A stretch of 64,000 bases of DNA from an uncultured Verrucomicrobiae bacterium (GTDB taxonomy: Bacteria; Verrucomicrobiota; Verrucomicrobiia; Limisphaerales; Palsa-1400): assembly GCA_963764165.1 (NCBI GenBank), contig CAVXRD010000004.1, positions 128,001 through 192,000 on the forward strand. The letters are read 5' to 3'. A program made the translations under genes and the position numbers. Positions 20,564-30,903 of this stretch are shown piece by piece. Position 1 is the first letter of the stretch. The number at the start of each line of letters is the position of its first letter. The notes under the pieces were generated by a model. The model worked only from the letters and a program-made list of their open reading frames with translations. It was not told the DNA's origin and did not search any database.

Positions 20564-21067
20564 TCATACCAATTCCGGCAACCCTTGTTTTGACAGCGCG
20601 ACAAGCGCGTCACCCGTCAGCCGCTGCACCGTCCATTCCGACATCGGTTGCGCTCCGATGGATCGGTAGAATTCGATGGAAGGCTTGTTCCAATCCAGCA
20701 CCGACCACTCGAATCGCCCGCAGTCACGCGCCACCGCCAAACGCGCGATGTAAATCATCATCGCCTTGCCGCAGCCGCGTCCGCGGCATTCCGGTTTGAC
20801 ATAGACATCCTCGAGATAAATTCCCGGCTTGCCGAGGAAGGTGGAAAAATTCTGGAAGAAGAGCGCGAAACCGATATCCACCCCGTTTTCCGAAGCCAGG
20901 ATCACTTCCGCCCGCGCGCGAGGGCCAAATAAATTTTGTTTTAGCAACTCCTCAGTCGCGGTCACTTCGTGTGACAATTTTTCATAGGCGGCCAAGTCCT
21001 TGATGAAATTGAGAATTGCGCCCACGTCAGCCGGAGTAGCCGGGCGTATTTGGAATCGGCATTCCAT
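20564..21067 (-). CDS. GNAT N-acetyltransferase (spermidine acetyltransferase-like)
   Basis: LAAYEKL, FSTFLGKPGIYLEDVYV, RGRGCGK, EWSVLDWNKPSIEFY. Confidence 0.9.
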   Translation of the reverse strand: MECRFQIRPATPADVGAILNFIKDLAAYEKLSHEVTATEELLKQNLFGPRARAEVILASENGVDIGFALFFQNFSTFLGKPGIYLEDVYVKPECRGRGCGKAMMIYIARLAVARDCGRFEWSVLDWNKPSIEFYRSIGAQPMSEWTVQRLTGDALVALSKQGLPELV

Positions 21068-21074
21068 AACCGTT

Positions 21075-22358
21075 TTAGCTTAATTCCGCAAACGATTCCT
21101 TCGCCGCGGCGACGGTTTTTTCGATGTCCGCCATCGTGTGCGCGGCGGAAATAAAACCCGCCTCAAATTGCGAGGGCGCCAGATAGACTCCGCGTTTCAG
21201 CATCGCGTGAAAATACTTTGCGAAACGCGCGCGGTCACTCTTCATGGCGTCGGCTAAATTGTGAACTGGTTCGGGCGTAAGGTATCCGCAGAACATCGAG
21301 CCCAGGCGATTAAACCGCACTGGAACTCCCGCCGCCTTGGCCGCACGGCTCATGCCGTCTTCAAGGGCTGCGCCGAGTTGCTCCAATTTTGCGTAGACGT
21401 TTCCATCGGCCAATTCCTCCAGCGCGGCTATTCCCGCCGCCATCGCAAGGGGATTTCCGCTCAACGTTCCTGCCTGATACACCGGCCCGAGCGGCGCAAG
21501 AAAATCCATGATCTCCGCGCGGCCGCCGAAGGCGCCGACCGGCAAGCCGCCGCCGATGATTTTGCCGAAGCAACTCAAATCCGGGCGCATCCCGAATCGC
21601 TCCTGCGCCCCGCCAAAAGCCAGTCGAAAACCAGTCATCACTTCGTCAAATATAAGAAGCGAACCCGCCGTCGCCGTGATCTCGCGCAGAAACTCAAGAT
21701 AGCCGGGTTTGGGCAGGTAAAGTCCGGCGTTGCCGGGCACCGGTTCGACAATGATTCCCGCGATTTGCCCAACGTTGGCTGCGAAAGCCGCCTTCACTGG
21801 CTCAATTTCATTGAACGGCAGAACGATGGTGTGCTGCGTGAAGGCGGCAGGCACGCCGGCGCTGTCGGGATTTCCGAATGTCAGCGCGCCCGAACCGGCT
21901 TTCACTAACAGCGAATCCGCGTGCCCGTGGTAACAGCCGTCGAACTTGATGATTTTGTCGCGGCCAGTGAATCCGCGCGCGAGGCGGATGGCCGACATGC
22001 ACGCCTCGGTGCCGGAATTGCACATCCGCACTTTCTGAACGCTTGGCGCGGCTTGGCAGACCAGTTGCGCCATCTTGACTTCCAGCGGGTTGGGAATTCC
22101 GAAGCTCGTCCCCTGCTCTGCCGCCGCCTGAACTGCCTTGACGATTTTGGCGGGCGCGTGCCCTAGAATCGCCGGGCCCCAGGTGCCGACGTAATCCACA
22201 TATTCATTTCCATCGACGTCGAAGACGTGCGCGCCCTTCGCCTTGTTTACAAATATAGGATTGCCGCCCACGGCCCGAAAGGCGCGAACGGGCGAATTGA
22301 CACCGCCGGGAATGTATTTGAGAGCTTCCGCGAAGAGTTGTTCGGAACGTGTTGCCAT
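21075..22358 (-). CDS. hemL: Glutamate-1-semialdehyde 2,1-aminomutase
   Basis: [52 protein letters not shown]. Confidence 0.96.
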   Translation of the reverse strand: MATRSEQLFAEALKYIPGGVNSPVRAFRAVGGNPIFVNKAKGAHVFDVDGNEYVDYVGTWGPAILGHAPAKIVKAVQAAAEQGTSFGIPNPLEVKMAQLVCQAAPSVQKVRMCNSGTEACMSAIRLARGFTGRDKIIKFDGCYHGHADSLLVKAGSGALTFGNPDSAGVPAAFTQHTIVLPFNEIEPVKAAFAANVGQIAGIIVEPVPGNAGLYLPKPGYLEFLREITATAGSLLIFDEVMTGFRLAFGGAQERFGMRPDLSCFGKIIGGGLPVGAFGGRAEIMDFLAPLGPVYQAGTLSGNPLAMAAGIAALEELADGNVYAKLEQLGAALEDGMSRAAKAAGVPVRFNRLGSMFCGYLTPEPVHNLADAMKSDRARFAKYFHAMLKRGVYLAPSQFEAGFISAAHTMADIEKTVAAAKESFAELS

Positions 22359-22371
22359 GTGATTGAAATTT

Positions 22372-24009
22372 CTAAATGCCTCGATACCGCTGCGCAATCG
22401 GGAATCTTCGCCCGACGCCAAACGCCTTGCTGGTCACTTTCAAGCCGGGCGCGGCTTGGCGGCGTTTGTATTCGTTGACGTCGATCAAACGAATAACCCG
22501 CCGCACGGTGTCCGCCTCAAACCCAGATTCGATAATCTCGGCGGGCGAACGTCCGCTGACAACGTATTGCTCCAAAATGGCGTCGAGAATTTCGTAAGGC
22601 GGCAGCGAATCCTGATCCGTTTGGTTCGGTCGCAATTCCGCCGAGGGCGGTTTCGTGATGGAGGCCTCGGGTATGATTTCCCTCTCGCGATTGATCCAGC
22701 GGGCGAGACGGTAGACGGTCGTCTTTGGAACGTCGCTGATGACCGCGAGGCCGCCGCACATATCGCCGTAAAGGGTACAGTAGCCGACCGCGAGTTCGCT
22801 CTTGTTGCCGGTCGTCAACAACAGCGAGCCGAATTTATTGGAGAGAGACATCAGAATGATGCCGCGCAAGCGCGCTTGAATATTTTCCTCGGTCGTGTCT
22901 TCGGGCCGCCCGGCGAAAGCTGCTGTCACCTGCTTTTTAACCGCCTCAAATGGCGGTTGAATCGGGATGACATCGTAGCGGATGCCAAGCCGTTTTGCGA
23001 GCAGCGCCGCGTCGTCCAAACTGCCCTGCGACGAAAATTGAGACGGCAGCGAAACTCCGTGAACATTCTCCGCGCCCAACGCCGCCACCGCGAGGCACGC
23101 AACCAGCGCGGAATCAATGCCGCCACTCAGGCCCAGCACGGCGGATTTGAAACCGCACTTTTGGAAATAATCGCGAAGTCCGAGAACAAGGGCGTTGTAA
23201 ATGTCCTCTTCCTCTGACGCGGCAACGTGCGGCAACGGCGGGCTTGTTTCAGTGTCAATTACAAAAAAATCCTCCGCGAACGATTTTCCCTGCGCAATCA
23301 TTTCGCCTTTCCCGTTGAAGACAAGACTGCTGCCGTCGAAAATCAACTCGTCATTCCCGCCAATCAAATTGCACAGAGCCACCGGGCGGCCGGATTTGCA
23401 GGCCAGGCTCGACAGAAGATTGTAACGCAACTGCTGTTTACCCACGTTCCAAGGCGAAGCGGAAATGTTGAAGATTTGCCGCGCGCCCGCCGCCAGCACG
23501 TCGCCGATGGGATTATACCGGTAACGCCGATGCGGCCAGAAATCTTCGTCGTTCCAGATGTCTTCGCAAATCGTCATGCCGGACGGCTGGCCGCCGATGG
23601 TGACCGGCGAATTCGTCGGAGCAGGTTCGAAATAGCGATCTTCATCGAAGACGTCGTAGGTTGGCAAAAGCGCCTTGGTGCGGGTCGCGATGATTTTTCC
23701 GTTTTGCAGCAGCGCGGCTTGGTTGGTGACTTCACGTCCGGGATTGCTTTTGTTTTCGCCGACGAATCCGACCACCATCGCGGTCGGACCGCTGGCGGCG
23801 GCGAGGCGCTGCAGCACTGCGAGGTTTCCGCTGACAAAATCCCGTTTCAACAGCAAATCCCGCGGCGGATAACCAGTGATCGTCAGCTCGGGAAAAAGCA
23901 CCAACTCGGCCCCCCCTGCTCTCGCCCGTTCCGCATATTCCAGGATTTTTGCTTCGTTGCCGGCGAGATCGCCAACGGTGGTATTAATTTGGGCCAGCGC
24001 AAGTTTCAC
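22372..24009 (-). CDS. nadE: Glutamine-dependent NAD+ synthetase
   Basis: Nitrilase domain FPEL...[29 protein letters not shown]. Confidence 0.95.
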   Translation of the reverse strand: MKLALAQINTTVGDLAGNEAKILEYAERARAGGAELVLFPELTITGYPPRDLLLKRDFVSGNLAVLQRLAAASGPTAMVVGFVGENKSNPGREVTNQAALLQNGKIIATRTKALLPTYDVFDEDRYFEPAPTNSPVTIGGQPSGMTICEDIWNDEDFWPHRRYRYNPIGDVLAAGARQIFNISASPWNVGKQQLRYNLLSSLACKSGRPVALCNLIGGNDELIFDGSSLVFNGKGEMIAQGKSFAEDFFVIDTETSPPLPHVAASEEEDIYNALVLGLRDYFQKCGFKSAVLGLSGGIDSALVACLAVAALGAENVHGVSLPSQFSSQGSLDDAALLAKRLGIRYDVIPIQPPFEAVKKQVTAAFAGRPEDTTEENIQARLRGIILMSLSNKFGSLLLTTGNKSELAVGYCTLYGDMCGGLAVISDVPKTTVYRLARWINREREIIPEASITKPPSAELRPNQTDQDSLPPYEILDAILEQYVVSGRSPAEIIESGFEADTVRRVIRLIDVNEYKRRQAAPGLKVTSKAFGVGRRFPIAQRYRGI

Positions 24010-24590
24010 TGGGCTCTCCGAAAAGTTGCTTGCAACGTTCCGTGCTCCGTCATCACTGTGGTGCCAACCACGATGTGATGGCGCGCGAACCAGTCCTTGT
24101 TCATTTCCAGCACGTATAAAATATTGCCAGCCGTGGAAGTCACGGAATTCGTGTCGAATGGGTGAAGGTCGTGAATTTCCAGGATTTGGCCCGCCGGATC
24201 GATGAAGCCGGCGGTCAAGGGCAGCGGACAATTGGCCATCCAGAAGCTGGCTTGCTGCGGGAAAGGCAGCGGGAAAATCATGCCGTTGTTTTCGGGCATG
24301 TTGGTGCGGAACATCATTCCGGTTTGATCCTGGATGGGAGTGATCGCCATTTCCGCAGTCACCTCAGCCGCTCCCATCCAGAGGCGGATGGTGGGCAGCG
24401 GCCCCTGCGCCTGCGTCGGCACCTTGTGGCCGAAGCCATCCTCGGTGACGGGCTTGAACGGCTTGCCGTCCAATCCGACCGGCAAGGGCGCGGCCGCCGT
24501 CGTGGAATTTGCGCCCGGCGGCGCGGACTTCGGGCTGCACCCGGCCACGATCACCATCGCCAAACACACCATGCCTCGCACTTTTTGCAT
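24006..24590 (-). CDS. DUF192 family lipoprotein
   Basis: VAGC lipobox; GMMFR, GMIF, FWMAN, YVLEMN. Confidence 0.82.
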   Translation of the reverse strand: MQKVRGMVCLAMVIVAGCSPKSAPPGANSTTAAAPLPVGLDGKPFKPVTEDGFGHKVPTQAQGPLPTIRLWMGAAEVTAEMAITPIQDQTGMMFRTNMPENNGMIFPLPFPQQASFWMANCPLPLTAGFIDPAGQILEIHDLHPFDTNSVTSTAGNILYVLEMNKDWFARHHIVVGTTVMTEHGTLQATFRRAQ

Positions 24591-24680
24591 CAATCCAAGA
24601 TGCGGGGAAGAAAAGGCAATTTCAATCACGCACTTGCGCGTCGGCAGGATTAAGGCAACCTTCAATGCGTTACTGTCAAT

Positions 24681-26237
24681 ATGCGAAACCATATGTTGTG
24701 GAGGCTGGTTTTATTTTTAAGCGCCGCGTGTTTCCTTGGCTTTGCGCCGGTAGCGCGCGCGGGAGACTTGGATACCATGGGAGTCACGCTCCTTCGCGCA
24801 AGCCACTCGAGTCTGGCTGGGACGGGCGTGATCGTCGCCCAGCCGGAGGCCATGGTTGCGCAGGCGGCATTCGAGGTGAATCCCGCTGCGGTGGGCGAAC
24901 CGGAAAGCTTGTTCGACTGGATTTCCACCAACGGCGCGTCGGCCGTTTTTCCTAATATTGAAGGATACGAATCCGGGCATGCCGATTTTGTGGCAGACTG
25001 TTTTTATGCTTCCGGCGGCGTCGCCACAAACGTCGCCCACGTCGACAATTATGAAGCGGACTATTTCGTCCAGTATGTGGTGCAAACCAACGCGCCAATC
25101 GATGACGAAGTCGTCAACCAGAGTTTCGCATTCTTTGCGGGCCCGCCCGAGCAGCAGGAAATCGACTCCATTTACGATGATTACACCAGCATGTTCGGCA
25201 CGATCTTTGCCTCTGCGCCGAATAATTATAACAATAGTGTTGGCCCGCCCGGGACGGCTTACAACTGCATTGGTGTCGGCGCATATGGAGCCGGCGCGGT
25301 CATTACGGATGGGCCGACGCAAGATAACGGGCGATCAAAGCCGGACATCGTCGCCCCGGGAGTTGAGACGAGTTTCACCACGCCTTATGTGGCGGGCGCC
25401 GCCGCCGTCTTGCTGCAAGCGGCAACCGAAGGATATGCGGGGGACGATGCCAGCGCCGCCGCGGACGTGCGGACGATCAAAGCCATCCTCCTTAACAGCG
25501 CCTTGAAGCCTTTCGATTGGACTCACACCACCACCGCCCCTCTGGACACGCGCTATGGCGCCGGCGTTTTGAATTTGTATTACGCCTATCAGCAATTCTC
25601 GGCCGGAGAGTTTTCAGACACAACCGAATCGACGGTTCTCTCCGGTGCGGCGCACCCCCCCGTCGCATCCGGAACGCCCACTGCATCGACGCAGGGTTGG
25701 AATTTTAAGACGGTGAACATCGGACTTCTCCGGGACACTGTCGATCATTACGTGTTCAACATCACGTCGAACTCAACCGCGACCGCGACGCTTGATTGGG
25801 AGCGTCAAAATGGCGAAACCAATATTAACAACCTTGAACTTTTCCTTTACAACGCGACGAACGGCGCGCTGATCGCGTCGAGCGTCAGCATGGTGGACAA
25901 CGTCCAACACATTTATGTGCCGCATCTGCCGCCGGGGAAATACGATTTGGAAGTGGTGGCGCTCTACGCCAATTCGGTCAGTTCCACGGAAACGTATGCG
26001 TTGGCGTTTCAATTCTTTGGAATGTCGCCGCCGAAGATCTCCGTGACCGAAACGGGCGGGAATACCGTTCTTACGTGGCCATGGTCTCCGACGGTTTATA
26101 CGCTGCAAGAGGCTTCAAGGTTAGGCAAGCCATCACCGTGGACAAACGTAACCGCGCAACAGTGGATCACCAACACGACAGTTTGGGCCAGCGTCACCAA
26201 CACCGGGAATACCGCCTATTTCCGACTGGTGCGGTGA
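24681..26237 (+). CDS. Secreted S8 family serine peptidase with C-terminal YFRL module
   Basis: Signal peptide; SGHAD, KPDIVAPG, TSFTTPYVAGAAA, YGAG; ends AYFRLVR. Confidence 0.82.
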   Translation: MRNHMLWRLVLFLSAACFLGFAPVARAGDLDTMGVTLLRASHSSLAGTGVIVAQPEAMVAQAAFEVNPAAVGEPESLFDWISTNGASAVFPNIEGYESGHADFVADCFYASGGVATNVAHVDNYEADYFVQYVVQTNAPIDDEVVNQSFAFFAGPPEQQEIDSIYDDYTSMFGTIFASAPNNYNNSVGPPGTAYNCIGVGAYGAGAVITDGPTQDNGRSKPDIVAPGVETSFTTPYVAGAAAVLLQAATEGYAGDDASAAADVRTIKAILLNSALKPFDWTHTTTAPLDTRYGAGVLNLYYAYQQFSAGEFSDTTESTVLSGAAHPPVASGTPTASTQGWNFKTVNIGLLRDTVDHYVFNITSNSTATATLDWERQNGETNINNLELFLYNATNGALIASSVSMVDNVQHIYVPHLPPGKYDLEVVALYANSVSSTETYALAFQFFGMSPPKISVTETGGNTVLTWPWSPTVYTLQEASRLGKPSPWTNVTAQQWITNTTVWASVTNTGNTAYFRLVR

Positions 26238-26388
26238 GCCAGCCCCTCGGTAGGGCAATACTCTATCGAGCCCCGGTCAGATTCCATGACGCGCCACGCG
26301 GAAGTTGCACAAAATCCAACGTGAAATCGACAGCGTCCCATCCATTGGCGGCAGCCTAAAACGCAACAACGAAAATTTGCAGGAAACT

Positions 26389-26477
26389 CAACAGAAGGGA
26401 ACGAAGTGAACGAAGAGGGACAAGTCCTTTGGTCGGCGGTGTTCTCCCTCCTTCGTTGGCTTCGTTTCCTTCTGTTG
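26389..26477. repeat. Inverted repeat (AACAGAAGGGAACGAAG family) between convergent genes
   Basis: caacagaagggaacgaagtgaacgaagaggg paired with ccctccttcgttggcttcgtttccttctgttg; single related arm at 42335-42363. Confidence 0.75.
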
Positions 26478-26522
26478 GCACTTCTTCCTGAGTTCCTGAG
26501 TTCCAGATTCATTTTGTCCCAG

Positions 26523-28124
26523 TCATTGCGGGATGGTGTTGTAGAAGCGGGCGGGGTAATTGGGGGCGTTGGTGTCGGTGAATTGCATCAGCCCGTTGGT
26601 GTCGGCGGCGGCGGTGCCTATGCCGAACCAGTTGGTCAGGTTTTGGCTGGATTCGATGGTGAAGATTTCGCCGGGGGAGCCTTGAGTCTGGAGCAGCATC
26701 GAGCCGTTCGATGTCTTTTGCAATTTGACCGGCGAATATTTGATGAGGACAAATTCGGTTCCGCCAGCCCCGGTGTCTTCATAGCCAGCGACGTAGACAT
26801 TTCCCGCGTTATCCACCGCAATGGCGTTGCCGACGGCATTGCCTCCGCTGGGCGCGGCGTAGGTTTGCAGCCAAAGCTGATTGCCATTCGGGCCGTAGGC
26901 GATGGTGACGATACCGGTGGTGGAACCTGTGCATGACCATCCCGTCACATACGAATTGCCAAACGAATCAATGGCAATGGCGGCGGCCAGACTGCGCACA
27001 TTCTGAGATGCCACGGCCGGATAGAGGTCTGTCCACGCCCAATCCGCATTGGTATCGGCTTTGTAGGTTCCGAACAGTAATGTACCCCACGAATAATGGG
27101 GGCCAGCATAACACGAGGTTCCTGTCACTATCGCATTTCCTTGGTGATCCAACCCAAGTGCATAAGGTCCCAAATCACTACAGTCAACAGGGTCGCTATC
27201 GCTCCAAAGCACATCTCCCCCAACACCGAACTTTATCGTGCAAGCAGGAAAACTATAGACATTTGCTTCAGCCCAAATGTTTCCGAATACGTCGATGGCA
27301 AGGGTAGTTATTGTGAATAGACCTCCAGCTAATTGGTAGGAGCCTGCCCATATTTGACTCCCGTTTGCGGCATATTTCACCAAAAGAAATTTATATTCTA
27401 GATAGTCATACGGATAGTTGCCGGCCACATAGGTGTTGCCGGCGCTGTCCACGGTAACCGCTTCGGCATATCCTGGACCCCAGTAGGATGACCCGGGATA
27501 CGTGTTCATCCACAGATTGCTCCCCATCGAATTGAGTTTTACCGTCGCGTTGGATGACCCAAATCCGGTGATGGCAACATTTCCGTTTGTGTCGACCGCC
27601 ATTGATGCACCGTCGTAGGGCGCAGTCCAAAGCTCATTTCCGTTGGAGTCGTATTTGGCGGTGAGCGCACTACCGGTAATGATCACGTTGTTGCTGTTAT
27701 CGAGAGCCAGGGCTGCCGGTTCGGCCAATGGAAAATTCGTGGAATCATAACGGGCCACCCAAATTTGGATTCCGTTCGGAGCGTATTTGACGGTCGCGTA
27801 GCCAAGGTTAGTCTTGGCGTTCTGTGAAAACCCAGTCAGCAGAATGTTTGAACTGGAATCCATTGCCATTTTGACGGCCTGATTGGTGCCGTTGGTGATA
27901 CCGTTGTTGTAATGAGCTATCCAGGCTTGTTGGATTTGGGCGTGGGCGGAGACGGAGGAGAGGAGGGACGTGATTAAAGAAAAGAAAGTTATGATCCGGG
28001 CAGCTCGTTGCCCGCAATCATTTGCGAGCGATGGGAGCGGACGCCTCGGCGAGGCGTCCCTACCTTGAAGAGAAGTCACGGCTCGACGGAGTCTCGCCCT
28101 ACCAGAATGGCAGGTATCTGTCAT
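26523..28124 (-). CDS. Secreted beta-propeller (SBBP-like) repeat protein, paralogue 2
   Basis: Repeated A(I/V)DxxGNxYVxG...KYxxNG..W blades; signal-like FFSLITSLLSSVSAHA; start uncertain. Confidence 0.82.
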   Translation of the reverse strand: MTDTCHSGRARLRRAVTSLQGRDASPRRPLPSLANDCGQRAARIITFFSLITSLLSSVSAHAQIQQAWIAHYNNGITNGTNQAVKMAMDSSSNILLTGFSQNAKTNLGYATVKYAPNGIQIWVARYDSTNFPLAEPAALALDNSNNVIITGSALTAKYDSNGNELWTAPYDGASMAVDTNGNVAITGFGSSNATVKLNSMGSNLWMNTYPGSSYWGPGYAEAVTVDSAGNTYVAGNYPYDYLEYKFLLVKYAANGSQIWAGSYQLAGGLFTITTLAIDVFGNIWAEANVYSFPACTIKFGVGGDVLWSDSDPVDCSDLGPYALGLDHQGNAIVTGTSCYAGPHYSWGTLLFGTYKADTNADWAWTDLYPAVASQNVRSLAAAIAIDSFGNSYVTGWSCTGSTTGIVTIAYGPNGNQLWLQTYAAPSGGNAVGNAIAVDNAGNVYVAGYEDTGAGGTEFVLIKYSPVKLQKTSNGSMLLQTQGSPGEIFTIESSQNLTNWFGIGTAAADTNGLMQFTDTNAPNYPARFYNTIPQ

Positions 28125-29671
28125 TGCGGGATGGTGTTGTAGAAGCGGGCCGTGTAATTGGGGGCGTTGGTGTCGGTGAACTGCATCAGGCCGTTGGTGT
28201 CGGCGGTGGCGGTGCCTATGCCGAACCAGTTGGTCAGGTTTTGGCTGGCTTCGATGGTGAAGATTTCGCCGGGGGAGCCGAGAGCCTGAAGCAGCATCGA
28301 GCCGTTTGATGTCTTTTGCAGTTTGACCGGCGAATATTTGATGAGGACAAATTCGGTTCCGCCAGCCCCGGTGTCCTCATAGCCAGCGACGTAGACATTT
28401 CCCGCGTTATCCACCGCAATGGCGTTGCCGACGGCATTGCCTCCGCTGGGCGCGGCGTAGGTTTGCAGCCAAAGCTGATTGCCATTCGGGCCGTAGGCGA
28501 TGGTGACGATGCCGGTGGTTGAGCCTGTAAACGAGTAGCCCGTTACATACGAATTGCCAAATGAATCGATAGCAATCGCGTATGCGCCGCTGTGCACGGA
28601 CGGCGACGCGGGCATTACCGGGTAATTGTTTGTCCACTGCCAATCGCCATTCGTATCGGCTTTGTATGTTCCGTATACCGTAGTCGCAAACGTATAAATA
28701 TTCGACACATAACATGAAGATCCTGTCACTACCGCGTTGCCGCCAGCATCTAACGCTAACACATGCGGGTCTTCGTCGCCGCAATTCGCATCTGGATTCG
28801 AATTGGCCCAAAGCAGAGTCCCCCCGCCTCCGAACTTCATCGAGCCGGGGACGGCATCACTGAAGTTAGCGGCAATCCATACGTTCCCATATAAATCGAC
28901 TGTCATCGTCATTATTGTAAACGGCACTGTATCCAAATTCCCGCGTTCCGCTCCGGTCCAGACTTGGTTTCCGCTCGGATCGTATTTGATCAAATGCAGT
29001 TCGATATCAACGAAATCATCGGGACCATTTTGATATTCACCAGCTACGTAAGTATTGCCAGCAGAGTCCACTGCCAGGCCTCTCGTAATGCTGGCGCTCC
29101 AATAGGAACTCGGAAACGTCTGCGTCCACAAATTGCTTCCCGCTGGACTCAATTTGACCGCCTCAGTTAATGACCCGAATCCCGTCAGCGCCACGTTTCC
29201 ATTTGTATCAATTCCCATTGATGTGCCGGCGTAGGGCGCCGTCCAAAGCTGATTTCCGTTGGAATCATATTTGACTGTGAGAGCGCTTCCGGTGACAAAG
29301 ACATTATTGCTGATATCCAACACCAATACAGCGGGAACTGCGGCCGGAAAATTTGTGGAATCGTAGCGGGCCTGCCAGAGCGTGCTTCCGTTTGGGGCAT
29401 ATTTGATGGTAGCATAACCAAGATTAGTAGCGACGTTTTCGGACAGCCCTGTGACGCAAATGTTGCCAAGCGAATCAAGCGCCATCTTGACCACTTGATT
29501 CGTTCCCTCGGGAAAGCCGTTGTCGTATCGCTCCACCCACGCCTGTTGAATCTGAGCGCCAGCCAACAGTGGAAATAGCATTATGTAGAGAAATAAAGAT
29601 GATGTTTTGAAGCACGACATTTTAGCCATTCCGAACGCATTGAGTTTTTGCAAGATCCTCTTCAAAGTCAA
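28121..29671 (-). CDS. Secreted beta-propeller (SBBP-like) repeat protein, paralogue 1
   Basis: Same blades; signal LFLYIMLFPLLAGA|QIQQAW; C-terminus ARFYNTIPQ; start may be at a downstream Met. Confidence 0.85.
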   Translation of the reverse strand: MTLKRILQKLNAFGMAKMSCFKTSSLFLYIMLFPLLAGAQIQQAWVERYDNGFPEGTNQVVKMALDSLGNICVTGLSENVATNLGYATIKYAPNGSTLWQARYDSTNFPAAVPAVLVLDISNNVFVTGSALTVKYDSNGNQLWTAPYAGTSMGIDTNGNVALTGFGSLTEAVKLSPAGSNLWTQTFPSSYWSASITRGLAVDSAGNTYVAGEYQNGPDDFVDIELHLIKYDPSGNQVWTGAERGNLDTVPFTIMTMTVDLYGNVWIAANFSDAVPGSMKFGGGGTLLWANSNPDANCGDEDPHVLALDAGGNAVVTGSSCYVSNIYTFATTVYGTYKADTNGDWQWTNNYPVMPASPSVHSGAYAIAIDSFGNSYVTGYSFTGSTTGIVTIAYGPNGNQLWLQTYAAPSGGNAVGNAIAVDNAGNVYVAGYEDTGAGGTEFVLIKYSPVKLQKTSNGSMLLQALGSPGEIFTIEASQNLTNWFGIGTATADTNGLMQFTDTNAPNYTARFYNTIPQ

Positions 29672-30135
29672 GTGGGTTTTGTGAAGGGGTATAAGGTATA
29701 ATCAAGGGCGCATCTCAGTTTTTGTGAGGGCGGACTTCTGCAAAAGCCCGGCAGGTCGGCAAGTGATCGCCCTCACCCCCCAAAGCTTGGCGGGGAGAGA
29801 AAAGGGGAGAGGGGCAGCTCATTAAAACTCGGAGAGTCCAGGCGCATTGAGGGCCGATGGATTTCAGTCGTTTCCTAACCGCCCCTCTCCCCGCTGCGCG
29901 GGGCGAGGGAATCCGCGATTCGCCGGCAAGGGATTGCCAAAAAGAGATGCGACCGCATTATCGAAGGGTGTGGGTGAGGTTCGCGGATCGTTGGGCGGTG
30001 ACGCGGCTGTGTCGGAGGCCAGCCGCTGCACGCTCATATCCTCAGTCGCGTCTTTCCGCTTCGGCTGGCCTGCGACAAAGCTGCGCCCGGCCAAAAAGCA
30101 CCTGCCCGGGCGCCCCCTTCGCTTTTGACTTCGGC

Positions 30136-30285
30136 CCGCCTGAACAATCGATGCCTCGTTTGTCACGCTTCCATAATACCACTAAAGCGTGTAAATGCAA
30201 TCTTAATTGACGCCGAGGGCCTTTCGGCCTTATGTTTGTCCCTGCCGCCGCCACGGCGCGTTCTTTGACATTTTGCGGACTTCCG
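30136..30285 (+). promoter_or_regulatory. Conserved ~150-bp non-coding module, copy A (dyad, sigma70-like promoter, boxA-like)
   Basis: About 74% identical by manual count to the reverse complement of 37021-37170; TTGACG-N18-TATGTT; GTTCTTTGACA. Confidence 0.7.
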
Positions 30286-30903
30286 CGCCAAGGGAACAGT
30301 TGTTCCTGGCCGGGCAGGCGCCTCGTCATTCCGAGGCGGGGCCGCCTCGGCGAAGGGATCCCCGCCAAATCGCGACCGGGGCATTGCACGCTATTGCACC
30401 CTATTGCACTCTGGGTTTTTTTTGCGACAAGGCGGGTGTCTTCACCCAGTTTTTTCTCCAAAAATCGTGCCTGAAAACCTCTGGTAGGTTTTCTGTTTTC
30501 ATTTCCATGTGCCAGAATGCGTCCATGTGCATATATGTGATAGGTGTGACGGGGCTGAGGACCGATTGGAAATGGGGCCTGCGGCGTTGGGCCGAATCGT
30601 CTGCCAACCACCGCTTCGTGAAGGCGTCTGGCGCGTGGCGCCCCGCTCGGTCCTCAACAACCGCGATGGCGCGTTTGCAGATGTAAACATAAGCAAACCA
30701 AGGCAAACATAGGTAAAGAAAGGTTCCCATTGAGAGAAATGACGAAGCGCTTGAAAAATCCAGGCTGGCCGCCAGCCGGGATGCCTGCCGGGTGCTGCCC
30801 ACCGCCCTCGCCGGAAGGGTTCCATGCCCTCCCTGCGAGAAGGGATGCAAAAGCGCGCGATACAATTTGCGTTTTTGACAATGTTGCCGCTATATTCCAC
30901 GCA

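Noticed and set aside
26523..28516. Near-identical 3' repeats as a DGR template/variable pair
   Set aside because: No reverse transcriptase in the window, both copies are coding, and the differences are mostly synonymous and not adenine-specific.
29700..30730. Known structural RNA (RNase P, tmRNA, SRP, riboswitch) or the small ORFs listed here
   Set aside because: No diagnostic motifs recognised by eye and the ORFs lack protein-like features; an Rfam scan is still needed.
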